Virus record (IMG/VR): IMGVR_UViG_3300030333_003876
Span: 1-31,534 of that record
DNA: 31,534 bases
Reading direction: 5' to 3' (one strand)
Origin: a virus
Lineage: Duplodnaviria > Caudoviricetes
The notes beneath the pieces were generated by a model. That model saw only the letters and a list, made by a program, of their open reading frames with translations, did not search any database and had not been told where the DNA came from. Below, in pieces: positions 24,492-31,534 of this stretch (position 1 is its first letter; each line of letters starts with the position of its first letter). The translations under genes and the position numbers were made by a program.

Positions 24492-25246
24492 GTAACGGAC
24501 CAAATTTAGTTAATAACGACCCGCCAGTAGATAAGGGTACTATGAACCTTTCAGAATTGTATGCCGTAAGAAGCACACCAACTTTTGCTGTGCCTTATTA
24601 CGACAGAGACAAAGGAAGAATGGTAATGAATGAGTTTGACCCTATGCAATTTATATCAGATTACGTGTCAGGAGAAGGAAACACTGAATTAAGAGTTCCT
24701 GGTCTAGGTGGAATTGCAAGACGTGATTTTGATATAATTCCAACGCGTGATAACATAAATAGATTACCAGAAGCAACAAGAAATAGACTTATAGCAGCTA
24801 CCGCATCACGATTTTTAAAAGACACTGATAATACGAGCCGCATGGATTATGGAGATTACATGAATTTATCAGAAGAAGAACAACAAAATATACTCACATC
24901 AAATAGAAGTAAAATTCTTGAAGGTTTAAGTAATTTAAGGAGTACTAGTTCTGTTAGAGCTGATAAACGTATGGGAGGTACTTCTGTTAATTACGGAGGA
25001 AGAAATATGATGCTTGATGTTGCTAAAGCCATAGAAAAACTTGGTATTAATAAAAATTTAGCTAGAGCAATAAGAAGCGACGGGAGTCGTATGTTTAACA
25101 ATAGCGCAGACGAAATGATAAACAAATTAGTAAACCATAAAGGATATGGTATGGGAGCTAAAAATTTTGAAAAAGTTCTTAAAGAAGTGCCAAATTTAAA
25201 AATGTATATAGATTTATCTAGAAGCGCTAGAAGAGACCAAAATTAA
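24488..25246 (+). CDS. Hypothetical protein (252 aa)
   Basis: ATGA-coupled long ORF and last gene of the + block. Its stop overlaps the stop of the convergent gene. Confidence 0.75.
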   Translation: MSNGPNLVNNDPPVDKGTMNLSELYAVRSTPTFAVPYYDRDKGRMVMNEFDPMQFISDYVSGEGNTELRVPGLGGIARRDFDIIPTRDNINRLPEATRNRLIAATASRFLKDTDNTSRMDYGDYMNLSEEEQQNILTSNRSKILEGLSNLRSTSSVRADKRMGGTSVNYGGRNMMLDVAKAIEKLGINKNLARAIRSDGSRMFNNSADEMINKLVNHKGYGMGAKNFEKVLKEVPNLKMYIDLSRSARRDQN

Positions 25247-25581
25247 TATATTTTAATCATATAAGATTTTTTCTTCATCCTTTCATCTGGAACAATAGAT
25301 ATTCCTTTACAGTATTTTATACTATCGTCTTTATACCACTTTAGTTTTTTAACGATAACATCCTCTAAATATTTAATCATTATAATAGTGTTGCTTACGT
25401 CTAAACGACTATTATATTTCATCAGTATTTTATATGTTTCTTTTTTAGGTTTTTTATACGACAACAGATTTTTATAAAAAAAATCATGCCACTCATCTCT
25501 TTGCTTTTTTCTTTTTGACCAATGTACTTGAGAGTATAAAACATTTAAACTAACATGTTTTCCCTCCCAAGATATTTTCAT
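25243..25581 (-). CDS. RusA-like Holliday junction resolvase
   Basis: SLN..Y..HW..R, then D.SN....K...D......DD, matching the RusA catalytic pattern. Confidence 0.75.
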   Translation of the reverse strand: MKISWEGKHVSLNVLYSQVHWSKRKKQRDEWHDFFYKNLLSYKKPKKETYKILMKYNSRLDVSNTIIMIKYLEDVIVKKLKWYKDDSIKYCKGISIVPDERMKKKSYMIKIY

Positions 25582-26894
25582 AACAGCTTTTTTTCTTCGT
25601 ATGTTTTAGGGTATTCCCAATCTTTAAATATACCCACGCTAGGGTCGTAGTCCAAAGATATATAATTTATTTCTCCGTGTCTGTTTTTTGCAAGATGCAC
25701 TTCGCATAAATTAGATATGTCGTCGCCTTTATCATTTTGGTCTATTCCATAATAAGATGGTCTGTATAAAAACAATACTTGGTCAGCGTCCTGTTCTATC
25801 GCGCCAGAGTCACGTAAATCTGAGAGTTTAGGTACTGTAGAATTTCTACTCTCAACGACTCTTGAGAGTTGTGAGAGTACAATAATTGGTATGTGTGCAT
25901 CTTTCGCTGCAAGCTTTAGACCACGTGAAATGTTTGTAATTTGCTCGTATTTAGAGTTTCCAGACTTTTCTGAGATTAACTGCAGGTAGTCAATTATGAC
26001 TAAATCTATACTCTTATTTCTTTTGAGAGTTACGATTTTGTTATGTATCACAGACATATTCACTATAGGTTTGTCGTCTACGTATATTTTATCTGTAATA
26101 TGCCCCATGTTTTTTAACAAGTCAGATTTTTCTTTGTCGTCTAGTTTCATGGTATTTACTTTTCTCTTGCTTACGTTTAAATTAGTAGAGATAATTCTTT
26201 TTGTAAGTTCTTCTCTTGACATTTCTAAAGACAAAAACAAACACTTCTTTTTATAGTTAGCTCCGTTTATAGCTAAATTAATAGCAAAATCTGTCTTACC
26301 CATACCAGGTCTAGCTGCTAGCACAATCATACAACCTTTCATCCATCCTCTTGTTAAAAAATCTAATCTTGAATATCCTGTTGGTACTCCCACAGCCTCT
26401 TCTTTCATATCTAAATAATCAACAATATCTTTACTTATGTTTTGTGTAACTTCTTGATTAGACATATTTGTTTCTATGTTTTGTATCTGTTTTTTTATTT
26501 GGTCTATAATAGTAAAAGGGTCGCTATCGTCTTCGTTTATAGATTCGTTTAAGTAAAACATCGTTTTAGTAAGTTCATTAAAAGACCAGTTTTGTATTAA
26601 AGCTAATATTACACTTTCTATGTTGGTTGTGTGGTCAGCCTTGTTTGTTATGTTTAATATATCGTAAGTGCTCAATTTATTTTTAAGTGCGTTAGATACA
26701 GAAAATGTATCTATGTCTATTTTTCTTTTCTTTAAGTCTAATATCTTCTTAAAAATTAATCTTGTTGTGTCGTCATTAAAATGATGTGCTTCTACTCTTG
26801 ATAATATTGTGCCTTGTTTAGATTTGTCGTCTATCAGAACCCCAAGTATTCTGTGCTCTACATCAAGTGTAGAGATGTTTTTGTTTTGTGTCAT
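25578..26894 (-). CDS. dnaB: Replicative DNA helicase
   Basis: Walker A ARPGMGKT, SLEMS, IDYLQL, SQLSR, DLRDSGAIEQDAD, AKNRHG. The likely start is the ATG at 26894 (MTQNK) rather than 26939. Confidence 0.97.
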   Translation of the reverse strand: MTQNKNISTLDVEHRILGVLIDDKSKQGTILSRVEAHHFNDDTTRLIFKKILDLKKRKIDIDTFSVSNALKNKLSTYDILNITNKADHTTNIESVILALIQNWSFNELTKTMFYLNESINEDDSDPFTIIDQIKKQIQNIETNMSNQEVTQNISKDIVDYLDMKEEAVGVPTGYSRLDFLTRGWMKGCMIVLAARPGMGKTDFAINLAINGANYKKKCLFLSLEMSREELTKRIISTNLNVSKRKVNTMKLDDKEKSDLLKNMGHITDKIYVDDKPIVNMSVIHNKIVTLKRNKSIDLVIIDYLQLISEKSGNSKYEQITNISRGLKLAAKDAHIPIIVLSQLSRVVESRNSTVPKLSDLRDSGAIEQDADQVLFLYRPSYYGIDQNDKGDDISNLCEVHLAKNRHGEINYISLDYDPSVGIFKDWEYPKTYEEKKLL

Positions 26895-27489
26895 AAGTAT
26901 TTGTTTTAGTTGTTTCAGTTTCGTCGTTCCACCTCTCACCGTTTATGTATGTTGATGCTAATGGAATATATTTCTTTTCTGTGTCTTTGTATCTAGCCTG
27001 CAAATCGTCGTCCAACATTTTTTGCAACTCATTTTTATTTCTTCTGGCGAGGTTGTTAAAAGCGAGTAATGATTTCTTTTTATTCTTTTTTATTGGGTAT
27101 GTTTTCCACCATTCTTCAAAAAGAACATTATTTATATCTGTACTTATATTTGTATTGTTAAGTACGGTTTCAACTTTTGTTGAAGGGGGTTTCAACTTTT
27201 CTTTATGGGGGGTTTCAACTTTTTCTGAATAGGGTATAAGTGTTCTTCGTCCCGCCTTTGTGTATTCTGCTTTGAGAAAACCTTTACTGATTAAACTACT
27301 TATAACCTCACTAATTCTTGTCCTAGAAATATCAAAAAATTCAGCAAAATATTTATTGGTTGCAAAACAACTTCCGTTTTTGTATAAACTGTCTATCTCT
27401 ACAAGCAACACCTTTTCTCTTAAAGTAAGCTCTTTGCTTAACCATATCTCTTTTGGTATCCAAACTCCTTTAAAATCTCTTTCTTTCAT
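26863..27489 (-). CDS. Phage replication initiator (N-terminal winged HTH, lambda O/DnaD-like organiser)
   Basis: FKGVWIP...CFATNKYFAEFF..S...IS..IS.L..KG N-domain and FEEWWKTYP.K..K...STYING.RWNDE C-domain. Directly upstream of dnaB, with internal repeats. Confidence 0.85.
   Translation of the reverse strand: MKERDFKGVWIPKEIWLSKELTLREKVLLVEIDSLYKNGSCFATNKYFAEFFDISRTRISEVISSLISKGFLKAEYTKAGRRTLIPYSEKVETPHKEKLKPPSTKVETVLNNTNISTDINNVLFEEWWKTYPIKKNKKKSLLAFNNLARRNKNELQKMLDDDLQARYKDTEKKYIPLASTYINGERWNDETETTKTNTYDTKQKHLYT
27166..27223. repeat. Three 13-bp iterons GGTTTCAACTTTT (putative origin)
   Basis: Exact copies at 27166-27178, 27188-27200 and 27211-27223 (22/23-bp period), in the initiator's linker and beside an AT-rich tract. 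Confidence 0.85.
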
Positions 27490-27644
27490 TTCAATCCGTT
27501 TTGCATGCTATTTATAACATTTCTTATTTTATCATGATGCTTTGACCACTCATCTCGGTGCTCTTCATAAAACGACTGCTCGCATCTTCTTTTCATGTCG
27601 TCTTGTATAATTTCTAATAAATTTAATAAATGGTCTGTTCTCAT
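27486..27644 (-). CDS. Hypothetical protein (52 aa)
   Basis: MRTDHLLNLLEIIQDD... The ATG at 27644 is preferred because the longer version runs through a hairpin. ATGA-coupled to the initiator. Confidence 0.6.
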   Translation of the reverse strand: MRTDHLLNLLEIIQDDMKRRCEQSFYEEHRDEWSKHHDKIRNVINSMQNGLK

Positions 27645-27651
27645 ATCTTTT

Positions 27652-27700
27652 AAAAAAAGGGGGAAATAGTAAGGCAAATAGTTAACTAATCATTCCCCCT
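27652..27700 (-). terminator. Putative intrinsic terminator/attenuator after the SSB gene
   Basis: Stem AGGGGGAA/TTCCCCCT (27658-27665 and 27693-27700) followed by a T-run on the - strand. The 27-nt loop is unusually long. Confidence 0.5.
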
Positions 27701-27725
27701 ATGTATACTAAACTAAAAAGATTAC

Positions 27726-27968
27726 CTAAAAAGGTAAATCGCCCTTTGCATCTGGTACAGTTGCAGGGACAACTTCTTTCTGGGCTACCGCCTCTGATTT
27801 GTATGGCTCTGATATAGTGCCATTGTAACCGTTGCCTTTTTTATTTGCCCAAAGAGCTACGTCTTTGACTTTTACTCCATCTACCTCAATAAAACCCTTA
27901 AGGTTTGGTGCTTTCTCATTGTCAGAATCGTTTTTAAATACTGCGATTCTTGTTCCGCTTTTTTCCAT
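27726..27968 (-). CDS. Small single-stranded DNA-binding protein
   Basis: Beta-rich FKN....EKAP..KG...V.G.....ALW core with a flexible tail ending DLPF. Located in the recombination module. Confidence 0.7.
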   Translation of the reverse strand: MEKSGTRIAVFKNDSDNEKAPNLKGFIEVDGVKVKDVALWANKKGNGYNGTISEPYKSEAVAQKEVVPATVPDAKGDLPF

Positions 27969-27999
27969 AATATAATATAATTAAAAAGTTAAAAAAAAA

Positions 28000-28353
28000 T
28001 TAAAAATTAATTCCATGATTCCACTTCAAGTAACCTCTCACGAGTCTTACTTTCCGTATGAATTTCTTTTCGTTTGTATTTACACAAACTGTGATTCTTT
28101 TTATCAAATCATCTAAATATTTTTCACTAACACCTAAGTTAGTTATAATAGTTTCTTTACTGTATCCCATATCCATAGCTACAAAAGTAATAACCATTTC
28201 TGGTAGAGTTTTTACACCCTCTACTATTTTGCTAGCTACCCAAGTTTTGTCTTTTTCTGGATTTAAAACAAAGTTTTTTCTGATAGCTTGTTCTAAATAC
28301 AACCATCTTAAATGCTTGCCCGCCTCTATTTTTTCATTTATTTTATCGTCCAT
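28000..28353 (-). CDS. Hypothetical protein, possible HTH
   Basis: MGYSKETIITNLGVSEKYLDDLI is HTH-like. The ORF fits the operon packing. Confidence 0.45.
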   Translation of the reverse strand: MDDKINEKIEAGKHLRWLYLEQAIRKNFVLNPEKDKTWVASKIVEGVKTLPEMVITFVAMDMGYSKETIITNLGVSEKYLDDLIKRITVCVNTNEKKFIRKVRLVRGYLKWNHGINF

Positions 28354-29446
28354 CCTTATAGTTTACATACAATCTTCTATTAAAAGAAACTTTTCCTTTT
28401 TCGTCTGGCAACTCTACTGTCCTTACTCCTTCCTTCTGCATAAATTGTCTAATCTTATTTTGTACTAATTTCAACTCTTTGTCTATTGGTTTTATTTCTT
28501 TTTTATAAGAATCATATTGTTCTACTAACTTTAAAAAATCCATGTCGCCTACCATTTTATTTGCAGGGTCAATTTTTTCTAAATAATTTTTATTGTAATG
28601 CTTTGCGCAATTATCACTATCATCAACGTCTGGTCTGATTTCATCCAAACCTTTTTTCATTTGGGTATCGTTGCTAGCGTTTTTTATTATGTCCTTACCT
28701 TGTTCTAATAACTTATGGAAATGATAACTTTCTGTAATAATTTGTTCTATCAATTCTACATCTAAATATATCTTAACACCCTCTATCTTTTTTAAATCTA
28801 CCTGTGAATATAATTCTGCATATATATCTTCGTTTACAGGAGTAAACACGGTACAATAATGTAAGCATTGTAATATGTAGCCATGAGGTATTCCGTTTTC
28901 CCACATATTATGCTGTTGTCCGCTAATTGTTTTACACTCTACTACCGCCTCTATGTTTTGTGGTAGCTGACGAAACTTTTCTATCAATGGATTTATGGTA
29001 TCCCACGTGCAATCTTTATTAAAACAAACGCCATCTGGATTTGCAACTAACCACGGATATTTATCATTCCATATTGTGTAATTAAAATCAAATATTTTTC
29101 TTTGCTTGTTATCTTTGTATGTGTTTTCTATTGTGTTAGCTGGGTTTTCAAAATCGTAATATTGCGCTAAAGACTTTACGCTCTCCTCGTACATCACGCC
29201 AAAGTATACTGACCAGTTTGTGCTTAGGTCTGGACTGTCTGTTAAACCTAATTTTTGGTCAAACAACTGTGGTTTACTGACGTATGGATTAACGCCCATA
29301 ATAACGCCCATATCACTCCCGCCTATTGCTGTATCGTTAGTGTCTCTTATTTGTAACCACTTAAGTCTGTCTTCGTAATTTGTAAGGTCTCCGTATTTTA
29401 CTATGGTGTAGTTTGTATCGTTAGCTTCTATCTTAATCTTTTCCAT
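28343..29446 (-). CDS. YqaJ/lambda-exonuclease-family recombination nuclease
   Basis: WL..R...IGGSD...IMGVNPY.S..QLF..K.G, G...E, ANPDG, ECKT and Y..Q..HY motifs, plus a C-terminal coiled coil. Confidence 0.92.
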   Translation of the reverse strand: MEKIKIEANDTNYTIVKYGDLTNYEDRLKWLQIRDTNDTAIGGSDMGVIMGVNPYVSKPQLFDQKLGLTDSPDLSTNWSVYFGVMYEESVKSLAQYYDFENPANTIENTYKDNKQRKIFDFNYTIWNDKYPWLVANPDGVCFNKDCTWDTINPLIEKFRQLPQNIEAVVECKTISGQQHNMWENGIPHGYILQCLHYCTVFTPVNEDIYAELYSQVDLKKIEGVKIYLDVELIEQIITESYHFHKLLEQGKDIIKNASNDTQMKKGLDEIRPDVDDSDNCAKHYNKNYLEKIDPANKMVGDMDFLKLVEQYDSYKKEIKPIDKELKLVQNKIRQFMQKEGVRTVELPDEKGKVSFNRRLYVNYKDGR

Positions 29447-29717
29447 AGTAAAGTCTCTTTAGTTTCTGTTTTTTCTTGTTTAACTCATCAAACATTGCAT
29501 CACCCTTTGTGCCTTGAAAGTCATATTGGTAATGATGGTCTCTACACAATAACACAATGTTATCAGATAATAACTTATATTTTGGGTATGCTCCCTTTGA
29601 CAATACATGAGCAAAGTAAAAAGTTTTTGCTTCATTTCCTAAATATTTTTTACAAACAAAGCAATTACGCTTTCTTGTTTCCCATATTTCTTTGAACATT
29701 TGTTTTTGGGAGGACAT
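29433..29717 (-). CDS. Zn-binding HNH nuclease (NinG-like)
   Basis: CFVC...AHVLSKG.......NIVLLCRDHH. Confidence 0.75.
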   Translation of the reverse strand: MSSQKQMFKEIWETRKRNCFVCKKYLGNEAKTFYFAHVLSKGAYPKYKLLSDNIVLLCRDHHYQYDFQGTKGDAMFDELNKKKQKLKRLYYGKD

Positions 29718-30135
29718 TTTTTAAATTTTTAACCAACTTGTTTTCGTCTTTCTCATCTAATATTTCGTCTTGCCCAAAATAACCGTACTTATATAAGCCT
29801 GTAAGTTTTAATACTGCTCTTGATAACGCTCTTTTTTCTGCGGTAGCTATAGGATATTTGTTTACACAATTCATAGGACTAGCTTCTCCGTATGTTTCTA
29901 TTGTTCTGTTACCTAATTTGCCCGTAGCTTTAACTTTGATAAATTGCATAACCCTATCTCCTTGCCATATAATCTCTTCTTTTAAATCATAGCTAACAAC
30001 TACACCGTAGTGTGCTTGTATTTTTTCAATACCATTTCTCTTTATGATTTTAAAACCTCTAGGGTCATCATAAATATCTTCACGGACTAAGCCCGCCTGT
30101 GTATATAATTCATTCTTTAATTCGCCTTCTGTCAT
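29665..30135 (-). CDS. Putative single-strand annealing protein (Rad52/Sak-like fold)
   Basis: G..II...GIEK...VKATG.....ETYGEAS..N....YP.A.AEKRA.SRAVL. Next to the YqaJ exonuclease and SSB. Confidence 0.6.
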   Translation of the reverse strand: MTEGELKNELYTQAGLVREDIYDDPRGFKIIKRNGIEKIQAHYGVVVSYDLKEEIIWQGDRVMQFIKVKATGKLGNRTIETYGEASPMNCVNKYPIATAEKRALSRAVLKLTGLYKYGYFGQDEILDEKDENKLVKNLKNVLPKTNVQRNMGNKKA

Positions 30136-30406
30136 TATTTAAAAATTTAGTTAAAAGTTCTTTATCTATTGCTTGCTCTAGGACACTATCCCATGCTACA
30201 ATTTTTAGTATTTTTAATTTACCTTTTGATTTTATCAGCTTAGATTTAAGCCTGTGTTTTTCTATTATTTCTGGATAGTTTTTCTTCATGTATAGTTTAA
30301 ACGAAGAGAAACTTGCTAGACTTGTTCTGTTGGACATTTTGTCTATGTCCAGATTTACGTTCCAGTTCTTTACTCTTATCGTATGAAATTTTTGTTTTGC
30401 TCTCAT
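30110..30406 (-). CDS. Basic hypothetical protein
   Basis: 98-aa Lys-rich ORF filling the operon between neighbours. Confidence 0.6.
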   Translation of the reverse strand: MRAKQKFHTIRVKNWNVNLDIDKMSNRTSLASFSSFKLYMKKNYPEIIEKHRLKSKLIKSKGKLKILKIVAWDSVLEQAIDKELLTKFLNNDRRRIKE

Positions 30407-30494
30407 TTAAGATTTTAAACAGAGCCTCTACTATCCCTACTAATAAAGATACTAATAATATTAGTAAAAAATTATTTTTTATAAACTTTCTCAT
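30297..30494 (-). CDS. Possible small TM protein
   Basis: MRKFIKNNFLLILLVSLLVGIVEALF. A 110-nt overlap with the next gene lowers confidence. Confidence 0.35.
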   Translation of the reverse strand: MRKFIKNNFLLILLVSLLVGIVEALFKILNESKTKISYDKSKELERKSGHRQNVQQNKSSKFLFV

Positions 30495-30618
30495 ACTTTT
30501 CTCCAAGTTTGTCTTTCAAGTAATCTTCTTGTTTTTTGTTTGGGTAATGAACAAAATGCGAAGAAAAGCCATTAACTGTGCTTCCAAACAAACCTACGTT
30601 AACAGAATTTCCCCACAT
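30472..30618 (-). CDS. Small hypothetical protein (48 aa; not in ORF track)
   Basis: MWGNSVNVGLFGSTVNGFSSHFVHYPNKKQEDYLKDKLGEKYEKVYKK, with an A-rich start context. Confidence 0.5.
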   Translation of the reverse strand: MWGNSVNVGLFGSTVNGFSSHFVHYPNKKQEDYLKDKLGEKYEKVYKK

Positions 30619-30642
30619 TTTGTATCTATTTAAAATAAACCA

Positions 30643-30673
30643 AGTATTATGAATACTAATAGTCTAAGACTAT
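30643..30673. promoter_or_regulatory. Two adjacent 15-bp inverted repeats (operator- or att-like)
   Basis: AGTATT-ATG-AATACT (30643-30657) and ATAGTCT-A-AGACTAT (30659-30673), in the gap downstream of the recombinase. Confidence 0.45.
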
Positions 30674-30702
30674 CTACACAAAGAAAGCAAAAAAAATTCA
30701 AA

Positions 30703-31534
30703 TTAAAAAATTTTTTTCATGAAATCAGCATGTTTCTGTCGCCTATGCTTTTCATTGACTGCTACATATGAATTAAATGCAACGCTATTTTTAGAATGAC
30801 CGCTAAAAGATTTAACTGTAGCCTCATCTACACCATTCATAAGCATTTCAGATATAAAAGTGCTACGTACTTTATGTGGTCTAATAAAATCTTTAATGTC
30901 TATAACCTCATGCGACCTTGTTCCATCTGCGGAAACTTTATCTTTAACTACCTCGCCTTTGATATTTAGACTATTTATCCATTTCTTAAAAACATAATAC
31001 AAAGAGTTTCTATCATGTCTAGGAAAAACTTTTTTAGATTGTTCTTTACTCATCAAAGAATCTTTTTTGTTTTCTTCTATTTTTTTTGTTAAAAGCCTTG
31101 ATACTGTTCTACTTATAGGCACAGTTATACACGCACTATTAGTTTTGCTAGGGCAATAGTGTATAGAACTCGTAGTAAAATTATCGTTAGTTATTCCCTC
31201 TATGTCTTTTATCCTTGCTCCCGTTATACTTAATAACAAATAAAGCAACGCGCCATCGTTGTCTTTTGCTTCGTCTAAAGCCAACTTGTTTAGTTTTTTA
31301 TATATGTTGGTAGGAATTGTCTTGACAGGGTTGTCCAATTCCACCATGTTAAAGTGCTTATAAGAACACTTAATACCACTCTCATCTGCATATTTTAATA
31401 CAGATTTTATATACCTCATATAGTTAACTGCTGACTTATTAGAAAAACCTAGTAAATACTTCTTAACAGCATCCGCATAATGCACATATTTTAATTCATG
31501 TTTTATGTTCTTGTTAAGGTCATATCTGCTAATC
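30703..31534 (-). CDS. Tyrosine recombinase/integrase (5' end beyond window)
   Basis: TGARIKD (R), SKT (K), HKVR (HxxR), SGH and NSYV (Y) form a complete catalytic set. The frame stays open from 31485 to the window edge. Confidence 0.92.
   Translation of the reverse strand, partial: ISRYDLNKNIKHELKYVHYADAVKKYLLGFSNKSAVNYMRYIKSVLKYADESGIKCSYKHFNMVELDNPVKTIPTNIYKKLNKLALDEAKDNDGALLYLLLSITGARIKDIEGITNDNFTTSSIHYCPSKTNSACITVPISRTVSRLLTKKIEENKKDSLMSKEQSKKVFPRHDRNSLYYVFKKWINSLNIKGEVVKDKVSADGTRSHEVIDIKDFIRPHKVRSTFISEMLMNGVDEATVKSFSGHSKNSVAFNSYVAVNEKHRRQKHADFMKKIF

Noticed and set aside
722-24843. Minus-strand ORFs opposite the structural genes (e.g. 15020-15982, 18722-19000, 20804-21112)
   Set aside because: These are Phe/Ser/Leu-rich antisense shadows of A-rich coding sequence.
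55-25246. Stop-codon reassignment as in some crAss-like phages
   Set aside because: Very long ORFs are intact in the standard code, and TAA, TAG and TGA all end genes at sensible junctions.
25996-30633. Plus-strand ORFs opposite the replication genes
   Set aside because: These are antisense shadows of well-supported minus-strand genes.
31470-31500. dif-like sequence CGCATAATG
   Set aside because: Only the XerC-side part resembles dif, the XerD arm does not match, and it lies inside the recombinase ORF.
1-31534. tRNA genes, CRISPR arrays, introns/inteins, IS elements
   Set aside because: Intergenic gaps are under 100 nt with no cloverleaf or spaced repeats seen, DnaB is of normal length, and no transposase motifs are evident. 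A covariance-model scan was not possible.

Overview
This AT-rich window is part of a tailed dsDNA phage (or prophage) genome. The host is most likely a Bacteroidota/Flavobacteriia member: there are no Shine-Dalgarno sequences, starts are AATTATG-type, intergenic regions carry TAnnTTTG -7 elements, and one protein has a BACON-like domain. There are two convergent gene blocks. The + strand block (55-25246) is late/structural: tail-fibre-associated genes, a cluster of small membrane and basic proteins, three crAss-like ring (tail tubular) proteins, a tail stabilisation/muzzle protein, three probable ejection proteins (the largest is a 2797-aa polyvalent protein with zincin and ADP-ribosyltransferase-like domains), a lysis cassette and small accessory genes. 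The - strand block (25243 to the window end) is early/replication: a tyrosine recombinase cut by the window edge, an SSAP, an HNH/NinG-like nuclease, a YqaJ exonuclease, an SSB, an HTH replication initiator with internal iterons, DnaB and RusA. I found no tRNA, rRNA, CRISPR array or genetic-code reassignment. The most unusual signals are (1) an apparently dual-coding 45-codon gene nested in the +1 frame of the giant ejection protein, (2) a duplicated membrane coiled-coil module coupled to exported thioredoxin-like and HMA proteins, and (3) a free-standing 9-Cys peptide ending like a ribonucleotide-reductase redox tail. All family calls come from motif recognition by eye; no database searches were run.
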